DNA of 58,766 bases from an uncultured Anaerolineales bacterium (GTDB taxonomy: Bacteria > Chloroflexota > Anaerolineae > Anaerolineales > UBA11858): contig CAYUXO010000003.1 in NCBI GenBank assembly GCA_964448865.1, positions 1 through 58,766 of the forward strand, in the 5' to 3' direction. Within the stretch, counting starts at the first letter, position 1; the number at the start of each line of letters is the position of its first letter. A model generated the notes under the pieces. That model had not been told where the DNA came from, searched no databases, and worked only from the letters and a program-made list of their open reading frames with translations. Below, piece by piece: positions 48,792-58,198 of the stretch. The position numbers and the translations under genes were made by a program.

Positions 48792-49961
48792 CTATTCCGG
48801 AATAAACGTCAGCTCCACCGTCATGCCCCAGCGCAGGTTGGGATCGCTCTCATCCAGGCTGATGGTGACCTTATAAGTGATATCGCCGGCCTGGGTCGTA
48901 AAGGACTGCGCGATAGCTTTTACTTTCCCTAAAAGGGTGGTGTCTGGCAAGGCGTCGGGGACTATTTCTATGATTTGACCAACACTGATCTTGACCACTT
49001 CCAGTTCGGTCAAGTCGCTGGTTTCGATCATAAATTCACTTAAGTCGGCCAGCAGGACTGCCTTGGCTTCGGGACCAACAAACTGCCCGATTTCCAGGTA
49101 AATGTCCGTCACTGTGCCGGTGAAAGGAGCCGTTAAGGTGTAGTTTTCCAGCCTGGATTGAGCGGCGACCATTCCGGCTTCAGAAGCTCTAACCCGGGTT
49201 TCCAGCAGGTTTAGCTGGTCGAGATCAAAGCCCTCACCTATCCACATCTCGAAGTCACGTCTTGCCTCAGCTTCAGCAGCCAGGGCGGCATCCAGGTCGG
49301 CCCTGGGGCCGTCAATCTCTCGAATGGCTTCTTCCAGATCGCGCTGGGCTTCGTTAAAGTCTTCCTGAGCCTTCTCCAGGTCATCTTCAGCTGCCTGTCT
49401 GGCATAATTGCCCTGGTCAACATCTTGATATTTTTCCCATTCTTCCCGGGCGTCATCCAGGTCAGACTCGGTGTCGCGGACCTCAATCAAGGCGTCATCA
49501 ATGTCATCTCCCAGATTTTCGAGGTTTAGATCTTCCCATAGCTCTTCGGCTGCCCCTCGCAGGGTTTGGGCATTCAGATAGGCTTGCCAGGCAACCGCGG
49601 ACCCCAGTTCTGAGGTGCGGGTGAAATCATCAAAGCCCTGTCGGGCGCTGATCAGTTCAAGTTCCGCCGCCAGCAAAGCAGCCTCTGATCCCTCGCTGTT
49701 ATCCAGACGCATCAGGACCTGGCCCCGGGAAACTTTTTCACCAGCCTCAACCAGGATCTCAGTGACCCTGCCCTGGGCGGAAAAATTGAGCCAGATATCC
49801 CGTGCCGGGAAAACATGCCCTTCCGCGATGACATAATCCAGGCTCAGGCTTTCCACTGGCTCCGGGGTGGGTGTCTCTTTCCCGCCGCAAGCACTCAGCG
49901 TGAAAAGCAGGGCCAGGCTCAAGAATAAGATGATCTTCGTTTTGTGAGTGTTCATATTCAT
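48792..49961 (-). CDS. Membrane fusion / periplasmic adaptor lipoprotein (HlyD-like)
   Basis: LSAC lipobox, GRVTEILVEAGEKV, long coiled coil, LTAPFTGTV, LRWGMT. Confidence 0.88.
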   Translation of the reverse strand: MNMNTHKTKIILFLSLALLFTLSACGGKETPTPEPVESLSLDYVIAEGHVFPARDIWLNFSAQGRVTEILVEAGEKVSRGQVLMRLDNSEGSEAALLAAELELISARQGFDDFTRTSELGSAVAWQAYLNAQTLRGAAEELWEDLNLENLGDDIDDALIEVRDTESDLDDAREEWEKYQDVDQGNYARQAAEDDLEKAQEDFNEAQRDLEEAIREIDGPRADLDAALAAEAEARRDFEMWIGEGFDLDQLNLLETRVRASEAGMVAAQSRLENYTLTAPFTGTVTDIYLEIGQFVGPEAKAVLLADLSEFMIETSDLTELEVVKISVGQIIEIVPDALPDTTLLGKVKAIAQSFTTQAGDITYKVTISLDESDPNLRWGMTVELTFIPE

Positions 49962-49999
49962 TTCCTTTTTTTATGGCAGTTGATCATCAACTACCTGTT

Positions 50000-52432
50000 T
50001 TATTCGTACGCTAATACTTCTCGAATGGTCAGCCTCGCCGCGTTGCGGGCGGGCAGAACGCTGGCCAGGGAGGACAGGACGATCACCAGCCCTAACCAGA
50101 TAAAATATCCCACCGGGGTGAAAACCACGTCGATGGGTGTGGCAAATACGGCATTACTGACAATACTGGAGAGTAAATAGGTAAATGGGACCGCAAGGAT
50201 CATCCCCAACACAAAGGAAATCATCCCGATCAACAAACCTTCCACGATCACCATACGGATGATTTCCAGATCGGTGGCTCCGATAGCCCGCATAATACCG
50301 ATCTCGCGGGTTCGTTCCAGCACGTTCATGCTCATTGTGCCAGCCAATCCCATGGAGCCGACTGTAGCTGTCAGTAGAGCCATGATCAGCAGGAAGGTGA
50401 TCAAAATATCCAGGCTTTCCGCGGCATCGTCCAGGGTCGACAGCCCGGGAGTGGCCTCCTGCACGCGAAAACCTTGATCCCTGAAAAAGGCGTCCAGATC
50501 TTTGGCCATTACAACCTGGGAGGCCCGATCATGGTCCTGGATCTCAATTCGGTAGGAGAAAGAGCGGTTGGCCAGGTTTTGTTCGCGGGAAATATACTGA
50601 TAAGGCGCATAACCGATCACCCCTTCCAATCCGATGAATTTAAACACCCCCACTACACCCCAGCTTTCTTCTTTCCCTTTTATTTTAAGAGGGATATGAT
50701 CTCCGATCTTCAAGTCGGGATAAAAATCGTATATTCCCTCACTGATAACAAGTTTTTTCTCATCACCTGGTTTAATCCAGCGTCCCTTAACCATCATAGG
50801 TGAAACCAGGTTGCTTTCTGCAGGCGGCGCCAGAATGCTGATATTATCGGCTGTAGAGCCATTACTGAATAAAATCTCTGCGGTGGCGTAGGACCAGCCT
50901 TCTACATGAGTCACCCGTGGGTCCTGGTAGGCGTACTGCTTGATCTCTTCCAGCCTGTAAGGCCGTTCAAAATCGAGCGTGACATCCGCCATAAAATAAT
51001 TGCCGATATTATCCACGTACTCATGCAGCGTATCCCGGACATTAAAGACGGAGATGAAAATAGCCCCGCCCATGGTGAGGGTGAAAAGCGTCAGCATTAA
51101 ACGCCCCCGCTGCCTGAATGTGTTGCGGAGAGAAATGAGGGTTTGACGGGGGATGCGGATGCCGCGGTCAGCAAGAGCCCGGGTGGATTTTAATTGGAAA
51201 CGCTCGAAGCGGGATCCTCCTTCTTTGCCATCTGGATCATCCCCGCCGGCATCGCGGATCCGGTCTCCGTCAAGCGCTTTTTGAACCGTGACTTTTGATC
51301 CGTTGACCACGGGCACAAATCCAGCTACCAGGGGAACCAGGATGCCAACCGATATTTGAAGGATGAAAGAGAGCGGCACAATGCGGTATCCAAGCAGCGA
51401 AAAACCCATCTCGTCGGCAATATATTGGGCCAGCGCATAAGCGCCCTGGCCTCCGGCCGGGACGGCGATCAGGAGCGCTAAAAAGCCAAAAACCAGCAGC
51501 AGCACCAAATACATCCGAAAGATAATTTGATCTTGCCCTCCAATCAGTTTCATGACACCGATATGGCGCAGATGTTGATTGAGCAGGGCACTGAGAGTGT
51601 TGGCAATCAATGAGCTGGAAAGGAATACGATCAAGACACCCAGGGCCATCAAAATTCCCAGAACCGCGTTGATGGTGGGTTCCAGGGGATGTTCATGGGT
51701 TTTAGAGCGGAAAGTGCGTCCGATATTATAGTCGTTCTTTTCGATTTTTTCTTTTAGATCAGCCAGTACAGAACGGATATGCTCGTCGTCATCCTGGCCG
51801 ACTTCAACTGTTGCAAACAGGCGGTTGAAGGTAGCTGGCTCATCAAAGAATTTCAGAGTGTCTGAGGTGATATAGGCCAGGGGAGGGGCGAGAAAATCGA
51901 TCGCTCCCGTAGATGAATCCTGAACGATGCCAACCACGGTGATCTCTTTGATGGTTTCATCACGCAGTTGAATTTCCAGAATCTCACCGGGAGATATATT
52001 GAGCTCTTCCAGCACATCACGCTCAAGGATGATCTGGTTTTTCTCCGGTGCTGCGACGCCGCTGACAGGTTGAAGAAGATTGATCTCGTTATCCTCAAAA
52101 TCTTCCATTGCCACTACGTCAACCGTTATCCAACGGGTTTCCCCCGGGGGACGCACCTTGAGCTTAAAGACACGGCGGGCTTCGGCTTCTTTTATGCCCT
52201 CGAAATTCCGGATCGTGTTCAACAGATCCTGATCAAAATCTTCCATCCGGATCTCAATATTGGAGGGATTGTTGGCCGCGTAGCTCACTCCCATATCCTC
52301 TGAGATGATCACGTAGGTGCCGGCGATGACACCGATTGCAAATACACCCACGGCAATAGAAAAGACCACCAGGATGGTGCGGGCTTTATTATCGATCAGA
52401 TCTGAGAGCACTTTTCGCCAACGGGGGCGCAT
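50000..52432 (-). CDS. FtsX/MacB-type ABC permease (tandem)
   Basis: Two FtsX repeats (HIGVMKLIGG; ERTREIGIMRAIGA). Confidence 0.9.
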   Translation of the reverse strand: MRPRWRKVLSDLIDNKARTILVVFSIAVGVFAIGVIAGTYVIISEDMGVSYAANNPSNIEIRMEDFDQDLLNTIRNFEGIKEAEARRVFKLKVRPPGETRWITVDVVAMEDFEDNEINLLQPVSGVAAPEKNQIILERDVLEELNISPGEILEIQLRDETIKEITVVGIVQDSSTGAIDFLAPPLAYITSDTLKFFDEPATFNRLFATVEVGQDDDEHIRSVLADLKEKIEKNDYNIGRTFRSKTHEHPLEPTINAVLGILMALGVLIVFLSSSLIANTLSALLNQHLRHIGVMKLIGGQDQIIFRMYLVLLLVFGFLALLIAVPAGGQGAYALAQYIADEMGFSLLGYRIVPLSFILQISVGILVPLVAGFVPVVNGSKVTVQKALDGDRIRDAGGDDPDGKEGGSRFERFQLKSTRALADRGIRIPRQTLISLRNTFRQRGRLMLTLFTLTMGGAIFISVFNVRDTLHEYVDNIGNYFMADVTLDFERPYRLEEIKQYAYQDPRVTHVEGWSYATAEILFSNGSTADNISILAPPAESNLVSPMMVKGRWIKPGDEKKLVISEGIYDFYPDLKIGDHIPLKIKGKEESWGVVGVFKFIGLEGVIGYAPYQYISREQNLANRSFSYRIEIQDHDRASQVVMAKDLDAFFRDQGFRVQEATPGLSTLDDAAESLDILITFLLIMALLTATVGSMGLAGTMSMNVLERTREIGIMRAIGATDLEIIRMVIVEGLLIGMISFVLGMILAVPFTYLLSSIVSNAVFATPIDVVFTPVGYFIWLGLVIVLSSLASVLPARNAARLTIREVLAYE

Positions 52433-52493
52433 ACATATCTCCTGTTAATTTTCACCTGGCCCAATCTTCAGGATCAGGCAGTGTTGAGGGCTA

Positions 52494-53645
52494 TCAACCG
52501 AATTTAGTTCTGGTCTTCTTTCTGCGGTCAGCCCGTTTTCTTTCTTCGAGTTTTTCCTGGACCATTTTGGAAATCGCATCTTCTGTTAACGGGGATTCAG
52601 CCATCAGCCACTTAAAATCCACCCGGGAAAGGGCCAGTAAGTCCACCGGTCCTTCAACGGATGCGCGCACACTGGCAATTGACCTGCCGCCCTGAAGCAG
52701 CTCGATTTCGCCAAAGATATCGTTTTGTTTTAGAGTGGATATCACCACATCGCTGCCCCAGCGCTTCCTTAATACAATATCCACTTTCCCATTCTGGATC
52801 ATGTAAAAATTATCCACTCGCTTTTTATGCTGCAGGATGGTCGCTCCTGGTTGAAAGTGCAGCGGTCTTACTCGCTGAGCCAGTTCCTTCATTAAAGGAT
52901 GGGTGAGTAAAGGCAGCGCCTGGGCAATGGTCTCGTTCACCAGTTCTCCATCGGAAATAAACACCGTTCTGGATGTTCTTTTGGTCATGGAGGGGTCGTG
53001 GGTGACCATGATGATTGTTTTGCCCTGCCCGGATAGTTTTTCAAATAAGTCAATGATCTGATTAGCGGAGCGGGAATCCAGATTGCCTGTGGGCTCATCG
53101 GCAACCAGGATGGGGGCATCGTTAGCCAGGGCGCGGGCAATGGCCGCGCTTTGCTGCTGTCCCCGGGAAACAGCCCGGGGGAGCTGCTGAGCCTGGTCAC
53201 CCAAACCGACCATGGTCAATAATTCCATAGCCTTTTTGGGCCGCTGGTCAATATCGTACATGCCCACATAATCCATGGGCAGCATGACGTTTTCAAGCAA
53301 ATTGAGCATGGGTAAAAGCTGGAAAAATTGAAAGACAATGCCCAGATTTCGTCCCCGCCATAATGAGCGTTTGCTCTCACTCAGGGCGTGAATATCCATT
53401 CCGTTCACCAGGACTTGACCGCTGGTGGGGTGGTCGATGCCGGTGAGCATATTAAGCAGGGTCGATTTTCCACTGCCGGACTTGCCGATCACGGCGGCAA
53501 ATTCGCCTTCTTGCAAGGTGAGGTCAACCCCTCGCAGGGCAGTGAATTCCCCGGCAGTGGTGGTAAAGGTCTTTACCACTCCCTTCATCTGGATCAAGGC
53601 CGGAGGATTTCCACCAAGTGCCTGGATGTTAGTCTGATTGGTCAT
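52494..53645 (-). CDS. ABC ATPase fused to a cyclic-nucleotide-binding domain
   Basis: GKSGSGKST, degenerate VSRGQQQS signature, ADEPTGNLD; C-terminal FYMIQNGKV...FGEIELL..RSIASVRA. Confidence 0.85.
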   Translation of the reverse strand: MTNQTNIQALGGNPPALIQMKGVVKTFTTTAGEFTALRGVDLTLQEGEFAAVIGKSGSGKSTLLNMLTGIDHPTSGQVLVNGMDIHALSESKRSLWRGRNLGIVFQFFQLLPMLNLLENVMLPMDYVGMYDIDQRPKKAMELLTMVGLGDQAQQLPRAVSRGQQQSAAIARALANDAPILVADEPTGNLDSRSANQIIDLFEKLSGQGKTIIMVTHDPSMTKRTSRTVFISDGELVNETIAQALPLLTHPLMKELAQRVRPLHFQPGATILQHKKRVDNFYMIQNGKVDIVLRKRWGSDVVISTLKQNDIFGEIELLQGGRSIASVRASVEGPVDLLALSRVDFKWLMAESPLTEDAISKMVQEKLEERKRADRRKKTRTKFG

Positions 53646-54355
53646 GACTGCCCCCCACCATCCACCAACTCTCCATCCGCGATGCTGACATATCGTGAGA
53701 ATCTGGGCAGCAGTCCCCGATCATGGGTGACCATTACAATGGTGCGGTCAGCCTGAAGCAGTCCCTCAAATATGTTAAAAATATGTTCCGCGGTGACCGA
53801 ATCCAGACTGCCGGTGGGTTCATCGGCCACGATCAGGGGAGGATCGTTGGCCAGGGCCCGGGCGATCGCCACCCGCTGCTGTTCACCGCCGGAGATCTGG
53901 GAGGGATATTTATAAGCATGATCGATCAGTTCAACCATGTCGAGCAGTTCCAGGGCGCGCTCTTTGCTTTTGCGATTCTGAAAAAGCCCGCTCATGTCCA
54001 TGGGCATCATCACATTCTGGACCAGATTGAGCATGGGCAGAAGCTGAAAGCTCTGGTAGATCACACCCATGGTCCGACCCCGCCAGAGCGTGAGTTCATT
54101 TTCTGTGAGATCTGTGAGGTTAATGGTCGAGCCATTGGCCCGCACCCGGATCTCACCCGAGCTGAGCTGATCCACCCCGGTGATCATGTTAAGCAGGGTT
54201 GATTTTCCAGCCCCGGACTTGCCGACCACCCCCAGGAATTCACCGGGATAGATATCCAGGTCAATGCCTTTCAGGGCCGGGAAAGTGCCGGCTTTGGTGT
54301 GATAGTTCTTGGCCACACCGCGCAGTTCGATCAAGGGGGAATTTGGGTCTGCCAT
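53642..54355 (-). CDS. ABC ATPase (LolD/MacB-type)
   Basis: [26 protein letters not shown]. Confidence 0.92.
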   Translation of the reverse strand: MADPNSPLIELRGVAKNYHTKAGTFPALKGIDLDIYPGEFLGVVGKSGAGKSTLLNMITGVDQLSSGEIRVRANGSTINLTDLTENELTLWRGRTMGVIYQSFQLLPMLNLVQNVMMPMDMSGLFQNRKSKERALELLDMVELIDHAYKYPSQISGGEQQRVAIARALANDPPLIVADEPTGSLDSVTAEHIFNIFEGLLQADRTIVMVTHDRGLLPRFSRYVSIADGELVDGGGQS

Positions 54356-54407
54356 CAGGTTAATAAATCCATTTTTTATAATTGTTCAATTAGTTTTGTC
54401 TCACCGA

Positions 54408-54992
54408 TCATTCTTCCCGGGTCATCACCAGCCAGGTGGGTTTGATGATCAGGTCGGTAAAAATATCTCCCATTCTCTGGGAGGAATGGCGGGTATCGTT
54501 TTCCAGCCACCAGCGTATCAGAGAAAATGCCGAGGTGATGATGTGGTTAGCGGCAACGGCCGCGGAGATATTCTCCTGGGGCAGTTTGGATAAAAAGGTC
54601 TCAGCTTTTTGACTGGCCCGGTCCATGACCGGATCGAGCAGGAATTGCAAACTGTCATCCAGCAGTAAAAAGCGGAAGTTTTCCTGGTTGTTTTTGATGT
54701 GATGGAACAGGGTGTGCCCGATCTTGTGAAAAAATTCCACCGGATCTGCGACCAATTCTCCCGGCAGGGGCAGGTCCAGGATCTGATAAAAATCATCCAG
54801 TTTATCCTGGGCGACGCTGATCAACAGCTCATCCAGCCCCTTGTAATGGCGGAAATAAGTGCGGTAGCCGATATCGGCCCGCTGGGTGACATCCTGGATA
54901 GTGATATTTTTGTAGCCTTTTTCCAGGGCCTCGGCGATGAGTGCTTCTCCGAGCAGTTTTTGGGTCCTGAGAACACGGCGATCCTGGCTCAT
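54408..54992 (-). CDS. TetR-family regulator
   Basis: DRRVLRTQ, ITIQDVTQRADIGYRTYFRHY; start 54992 (alternative 55013). Confidence 0.9.
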   Translation of the reverse strand: MSQDRRVLRTQKLLGEALIAEALEKGYKNITIQDVTQRADIGYRTYFRHYKGLDELLISVAQDKLDDFYQILDLPLPGELVADPVEFFHKIGHTLFHHIKNNQENFRFLLLDDSLQFLLDPVMDRASQKAETFLSKLPQENISAAVAANHIITSAFSLIRWWLENDTRHSSQRMGDIFTDLIIKPTWLVMTREE

Positions 54993-55034
54993 GTTGTGGC
55001 ACCTTGATTGCATTATGGCAGATAATGGGTCATA

Positions 55035-55063
55035 ATTCTATCAGCGGCGGGGGAAGGGGTCAA
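55035..55063 (-). promoter_or_regulatory. sigma70-type promoter of tetR-ABC operon
   Basis: Minus strand TTGACC-17 nt-TAGAAT. Confidence 0.65.
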
Positions 55064-55384
55064 GAGGGGGAGGGCCTACAGGATTGTTAGGGGGGAAGGA
55101 AGCTTTGCTTCCGACCGAGGACCGGGGACGGATGACGGGGCGGCAATCTCCTGTTATCACAGAAAACCAGCTCTCAGAGCGGAGGCCATTTGGCTGCAGT
55201 CGAAGAGGGGAAAAGTCCATACTCTCTCTGCTTGTCCGCCCTGGCGTTGTAAGGGATGGAATGAATTCCTCCCTGCAGGCTAGAGCCGAACGTCGACCTC
55301 CGTCGACGTGTTCGCCCTGCGGTGCCCTTCCAGGGTGCTTCGCAAATCACAGGGCTAATAATGGCGCCCCTTCGGGGCTTTTGT

Positions 55385-55541
55385 GTCTTTGCGAGGAAGG
55401 ATCGCAGATCCTGACGCGGCAATCTTCTGGCCATTTCAATCGCCCAACGAATGAATTCGTGGGCTGAATTCTACGCGATGAGGCGTGTCAGAAGGTGGTC
55501 GCCATCATCATTAAAACCGGGGCCGGTACGGGAAAAGCCGC
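55385..55541 (+). repeat. Direct repeat, left copy flanking TA module
   Basis: 55439-55541 matches 56571-56673 (8 mismatches by eye); preceded in both copies by a GTCTTTGCGAGG..GCAATCT element. Confidence 0.85.
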
Positions 55542-55666
55542 TCTCCTTCGTCTTCAGCATCCCCCTCACATTCGTTTCGGGGTTTGCTTCCGCTCAGGAC
55601 AGACGGGACTTTTGTGCTTAACAAGATTTATCTTGTTTTTGGTTTTTCACCCATAAGAGCCTGGTA

Positions 55667-55695
55667 TTGATTATATGTCAAATCTGACATATAAT
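55667..55695 (+). promoter_or_regulatory. TA promoter with overlapping operator
   Basis: TTGATT-17 nt-TATAAT; 11-bp inverted repeat ATTATATGTCA-aatc-TGACATATAAT. Confidence 0.8.
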
Positions 55696-55703
55696 AGTGT
55701 CAG

Positions 55704-56027
55704 ATGAATTCGCATGGCAAACCAATAGCCTGGCTTCATGGTGAGATTAAAACACCTCCTTTTTCTACGGAAGCCAGGATTGAAGCAGGATTATTATTAA
55801 GGAGACTCCAGCAAGGGGAGAATTTATCTCTGCCTCAATCGCGCCCAATGAAAATGATTGGGAAAGGATGTCATGAATTGAGAATTCGAGATAAAAATAA
55901 AACGTGGAGAATTGTTTATTTCATTGCAGATGATGCAATCGTTATATTGGAAGTATTCACTAAGAAAACTCAGGAGACACCAAAGCACATTATTAATATT
56001 TGTAAGAAGCGTTTGGATGAATACTAA
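55704..56027 (+). CDS. RelE/ParE-family (HigB/Gp49-like) toxin
   Basis: KTPPFS, LPQSRPM, CHELRIRD, WRIVY, VFTKKTQETP. Confidence 0.9.
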   Translation: MNSHGKPIAWLHGEIKTPPFSTEARIEAGLLLRRLQQGENLSLPQSRPMKMIGKGCHELRIRDKNKTWRIVYFIADDAIVILEVFTKKTQETPKHIINICKKRLDEY

Positions 56028-56042
56028 TTTTGTGGAGAAAAT

Positions 56043-56354
56043 ATGGACACAAAACGGATCAAAGAACTTGAAGCAAAAGGATGGAGAATTGGATCCATCG
56101 AGGATTTTCTCGACTTATCCGAGGATGAACTGGAATATATTGAGTTAAAACTCATCTTAAGTGAAATGGTAAGAGAATTACGTGAAAAGAAAGGATTATC
56201 TCAGGTTAATGCAGCAAAACTGCTTAAATCCAGCCAATCAAGATTATCTAAAATTGAGGTAGCTGATAGGTCTGTATCAATTGATTTACAGATCAAAGCA
56301 TTGTTCGCATTGGGTGCAACTAAACAAGAAATTGGCCAAAAGATTGGTTGTTAG
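56043..56354 (+). CDS. XRE-HTH antitoxin (toxin-first arrangement)
   Basis: LEAKGWRIGS..DFL, GLSQVNAAKLLKSSQSRLSKIE, SVSIDL. Confidence 0.88.
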   Translation: MDTKRIKELEAKGWRIGSIEDFLDLSEDELEYIELKLILSEMVRELREKKGLSQVNAAKLLKSSQSRLSKIEVADRSVSIDLQIKALFALGATKQEIGQKIGC

Positions 56355-56520
56355 AATACGATAGTCAGTCAATTTAACGTTCCAATCCCTTCATCAGTCC
56401 GTCCCGGTCCCCGGTCAGCTCGTCAGAGCTGGAATGCCCTTCGCAAAATTCCTCCCTTCTGGCTGACGCCGAATCCTTCGGTTTCCTCAGGACAGGCTTG
56501 GCCTGCGCCGACGTATTACT

Positions 56521-56673
56521 GTCTTTGCGAGGAGTCCGAAGGAGGACGAAGCAATCTCCTGGCTTCCTTTATCGCCCAACGAATGAATTCGTGGGCTGAA
56601 TTCTACGCGACGTGGCGTGTCAGAAGGTGATTGCCATCATCATTAAAACTGGGACCAGTATGGGAAAAGCCGC
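56521..56673 (+). repeat. Direct repeat, right copy flanking TA module
   Basis: Partner of 55385-55541. Confidence 0.85.
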
Positions 56674-56773
56674 CTCGCGGCGGCTCGTATTTCCCGGTCA
56701 GGAAGCGAAGCTTCCTCCGGTCTTCGGTCATTTCATCCAATTTTCAATTTTCAATCCGCAATTGATTTTCTGG

Positions 56774-58153
56774 TCACGGCACGAAGGCGGGTTCAACAAC
56801 CTCGAAATTCGAGTACTCGATTTGAGCATTTCTCGGTATCGGTTCCGAATCTCCTTCGCTGACTGCCAGGGGAATTATCTCCAAATCGTTAGCAAGTTTT
56901 TCGATCACAATCTGCCATTTGGTCATAATCTCAGAAATGGGAGTTCCGGGGGGGCTGCCAATCAGGTAGTTAATTTCATCATCTGTAAGATCCAAGACTG
57001 CTGTATGTATATCTTCAGCATAAAAAGTGAATCCTCCCGCATTATCTACCAGGTAGGCCCCATAATTGCGTAAAGCTGTCAGGTACATCCTGGTTATGGG
57101 TGCCAGATTTTCTTCGTTGATTATTCCGCCATCTTCGTCATGGAGAGTTTGTTTAAGGCGAATTCGCTGCCCGGAGGCAAGTGCTAAAGGATCTGTATTA
57201 TAGAAATCTGTCTCTGTAGTAGAGGCTGGATAAAAATAATCAGCTGACTTCGGTTCATAGGGGTTGCGGCTGGTGTTTCTTGGACCCGGAATGGCAAAAG
57301 AGAGAGCGTGAGCGATTTCTCCACTTTCAATATCTTCGGGCAGGATCAATCCCGCAAGCAAGGGGGTTCCCACAGCGCGAGCGCTGTAGTATCCATCCGG
57401 GTTTGCTCCAGTTCCCTGCAGATCAAAATAATCTACCACTCCGGCCTGAAGGATGTTGACCCCTCTAATGCCCCCCTCAAATCCCCGGCATTCCTCATTC
57501 CTGATGGGAGTCGCAGCGAAGTAATCATAAGAAATTTGGTTTTCTGGATCATACAGGACCAGCCAACCATCCGCGTTATCATTTTCTGGACCGGAAGGCC
57601 GTACTGTACCTGCTGGAGCGGGCACAATCACTGGTCCACCTTCGGTTTCTACATCAAATTTAGGATGAGCCCACCCGAGAACACCATCATCTTCACAAAT
57701 TAAGACTTCCTGCATTTCCGTTCCTATCTGAAAGATTGGAACGGTATATTCATATAGACCAATATCCATAAACGGCCAATCAGTGGCAGGTTCGCTATAC
57801 CCTTCAAGGGAGGAGATATCTCCCAGCAGCACACGGAACAAACCCAGGATTTGCTGATCGCTCTTTGGCAATACTTCGGCGTTATCAGCGCGCTGGTTCC
57901 AGGCACTGTCTGCGGAAAACAAGGGCAGAGGCAAGGAAAAATCGCGTAATAATAGATCTTCATTATCAAGGATTGGTGGCGGATCATCGTCGAATTCGTC
58001 ATTTTCAGATTCATCTTCCTCATCAACGACATAAACTTCATCCGCAGACTCTTCCCATTCATCATAGTCGTCAACTTCTGAGTCAAAGATTGAGTCGCAG
58101 CCTGAAATTAGTAGTAACACAATGAAAGAGAGAATTAAGATTTTATATTTCAT
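56774..58153 (-). CDS. Hypothetical acidic lipoprotein
   Basis: LISGC lipobox, D/E-rich linker, FSADSAWN, LLAGLI.PEDI..GEIAHAL, ALRNYGAYLVD; ATG 58153. Confidence 0.75.
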   Translation of the reverse strand: MKYKILILSFIVLLLISGCDSIFDSEVDDYDEWEESADEVYVVDEEDESENDEFDDDPPPILDNEDLLLRDFSLPLPLFSADSAWNQRADNAEVLPKSDQQILGLFRVLLGDISSLEGYSEPATDWPFMDIGLYEYTVPIFQIGTEMQEVLICEDDGVLGWAHPKFDVETEGGPVIVPAPAGTVRPSGPENDNADGWLVLYDPENQISYDYFAATPIRNEECRGFEGGIRGVNILQAGVVDYFDLQGTGANPDGYYSARAVGTPLLAGLILPEDIESGEIAHALSFAIPGPRNTSRNPYEPKSADYFYPASTTETDFYNTDPLALASGQRIRLKQTLHDEDGGIINEENLAPITRMYLTALRNYGAYLVDNAGGFTFYAEDIHTAVLDLTDDEINYLIGSPPGTPISEIMTKWQIVIEKLANDLEIIPLAVSEGDSEPIPRNAQIEYSNFEVVEPAFVP

Positions 58154-58198
58154 GGGAGATCTCCTTGTGAAATTTTTAAGCACAATAATCCTGGATAT

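Noticed and set aside
55483..55535. Small hydrophobic peptide (minus strand, PVLMMMATTF*) or SDR-like start within the direct repeat
   Set aside because: No supported start, an upstream in-frame stop in the second copy, and differences between copies are mostly non-synonymous.
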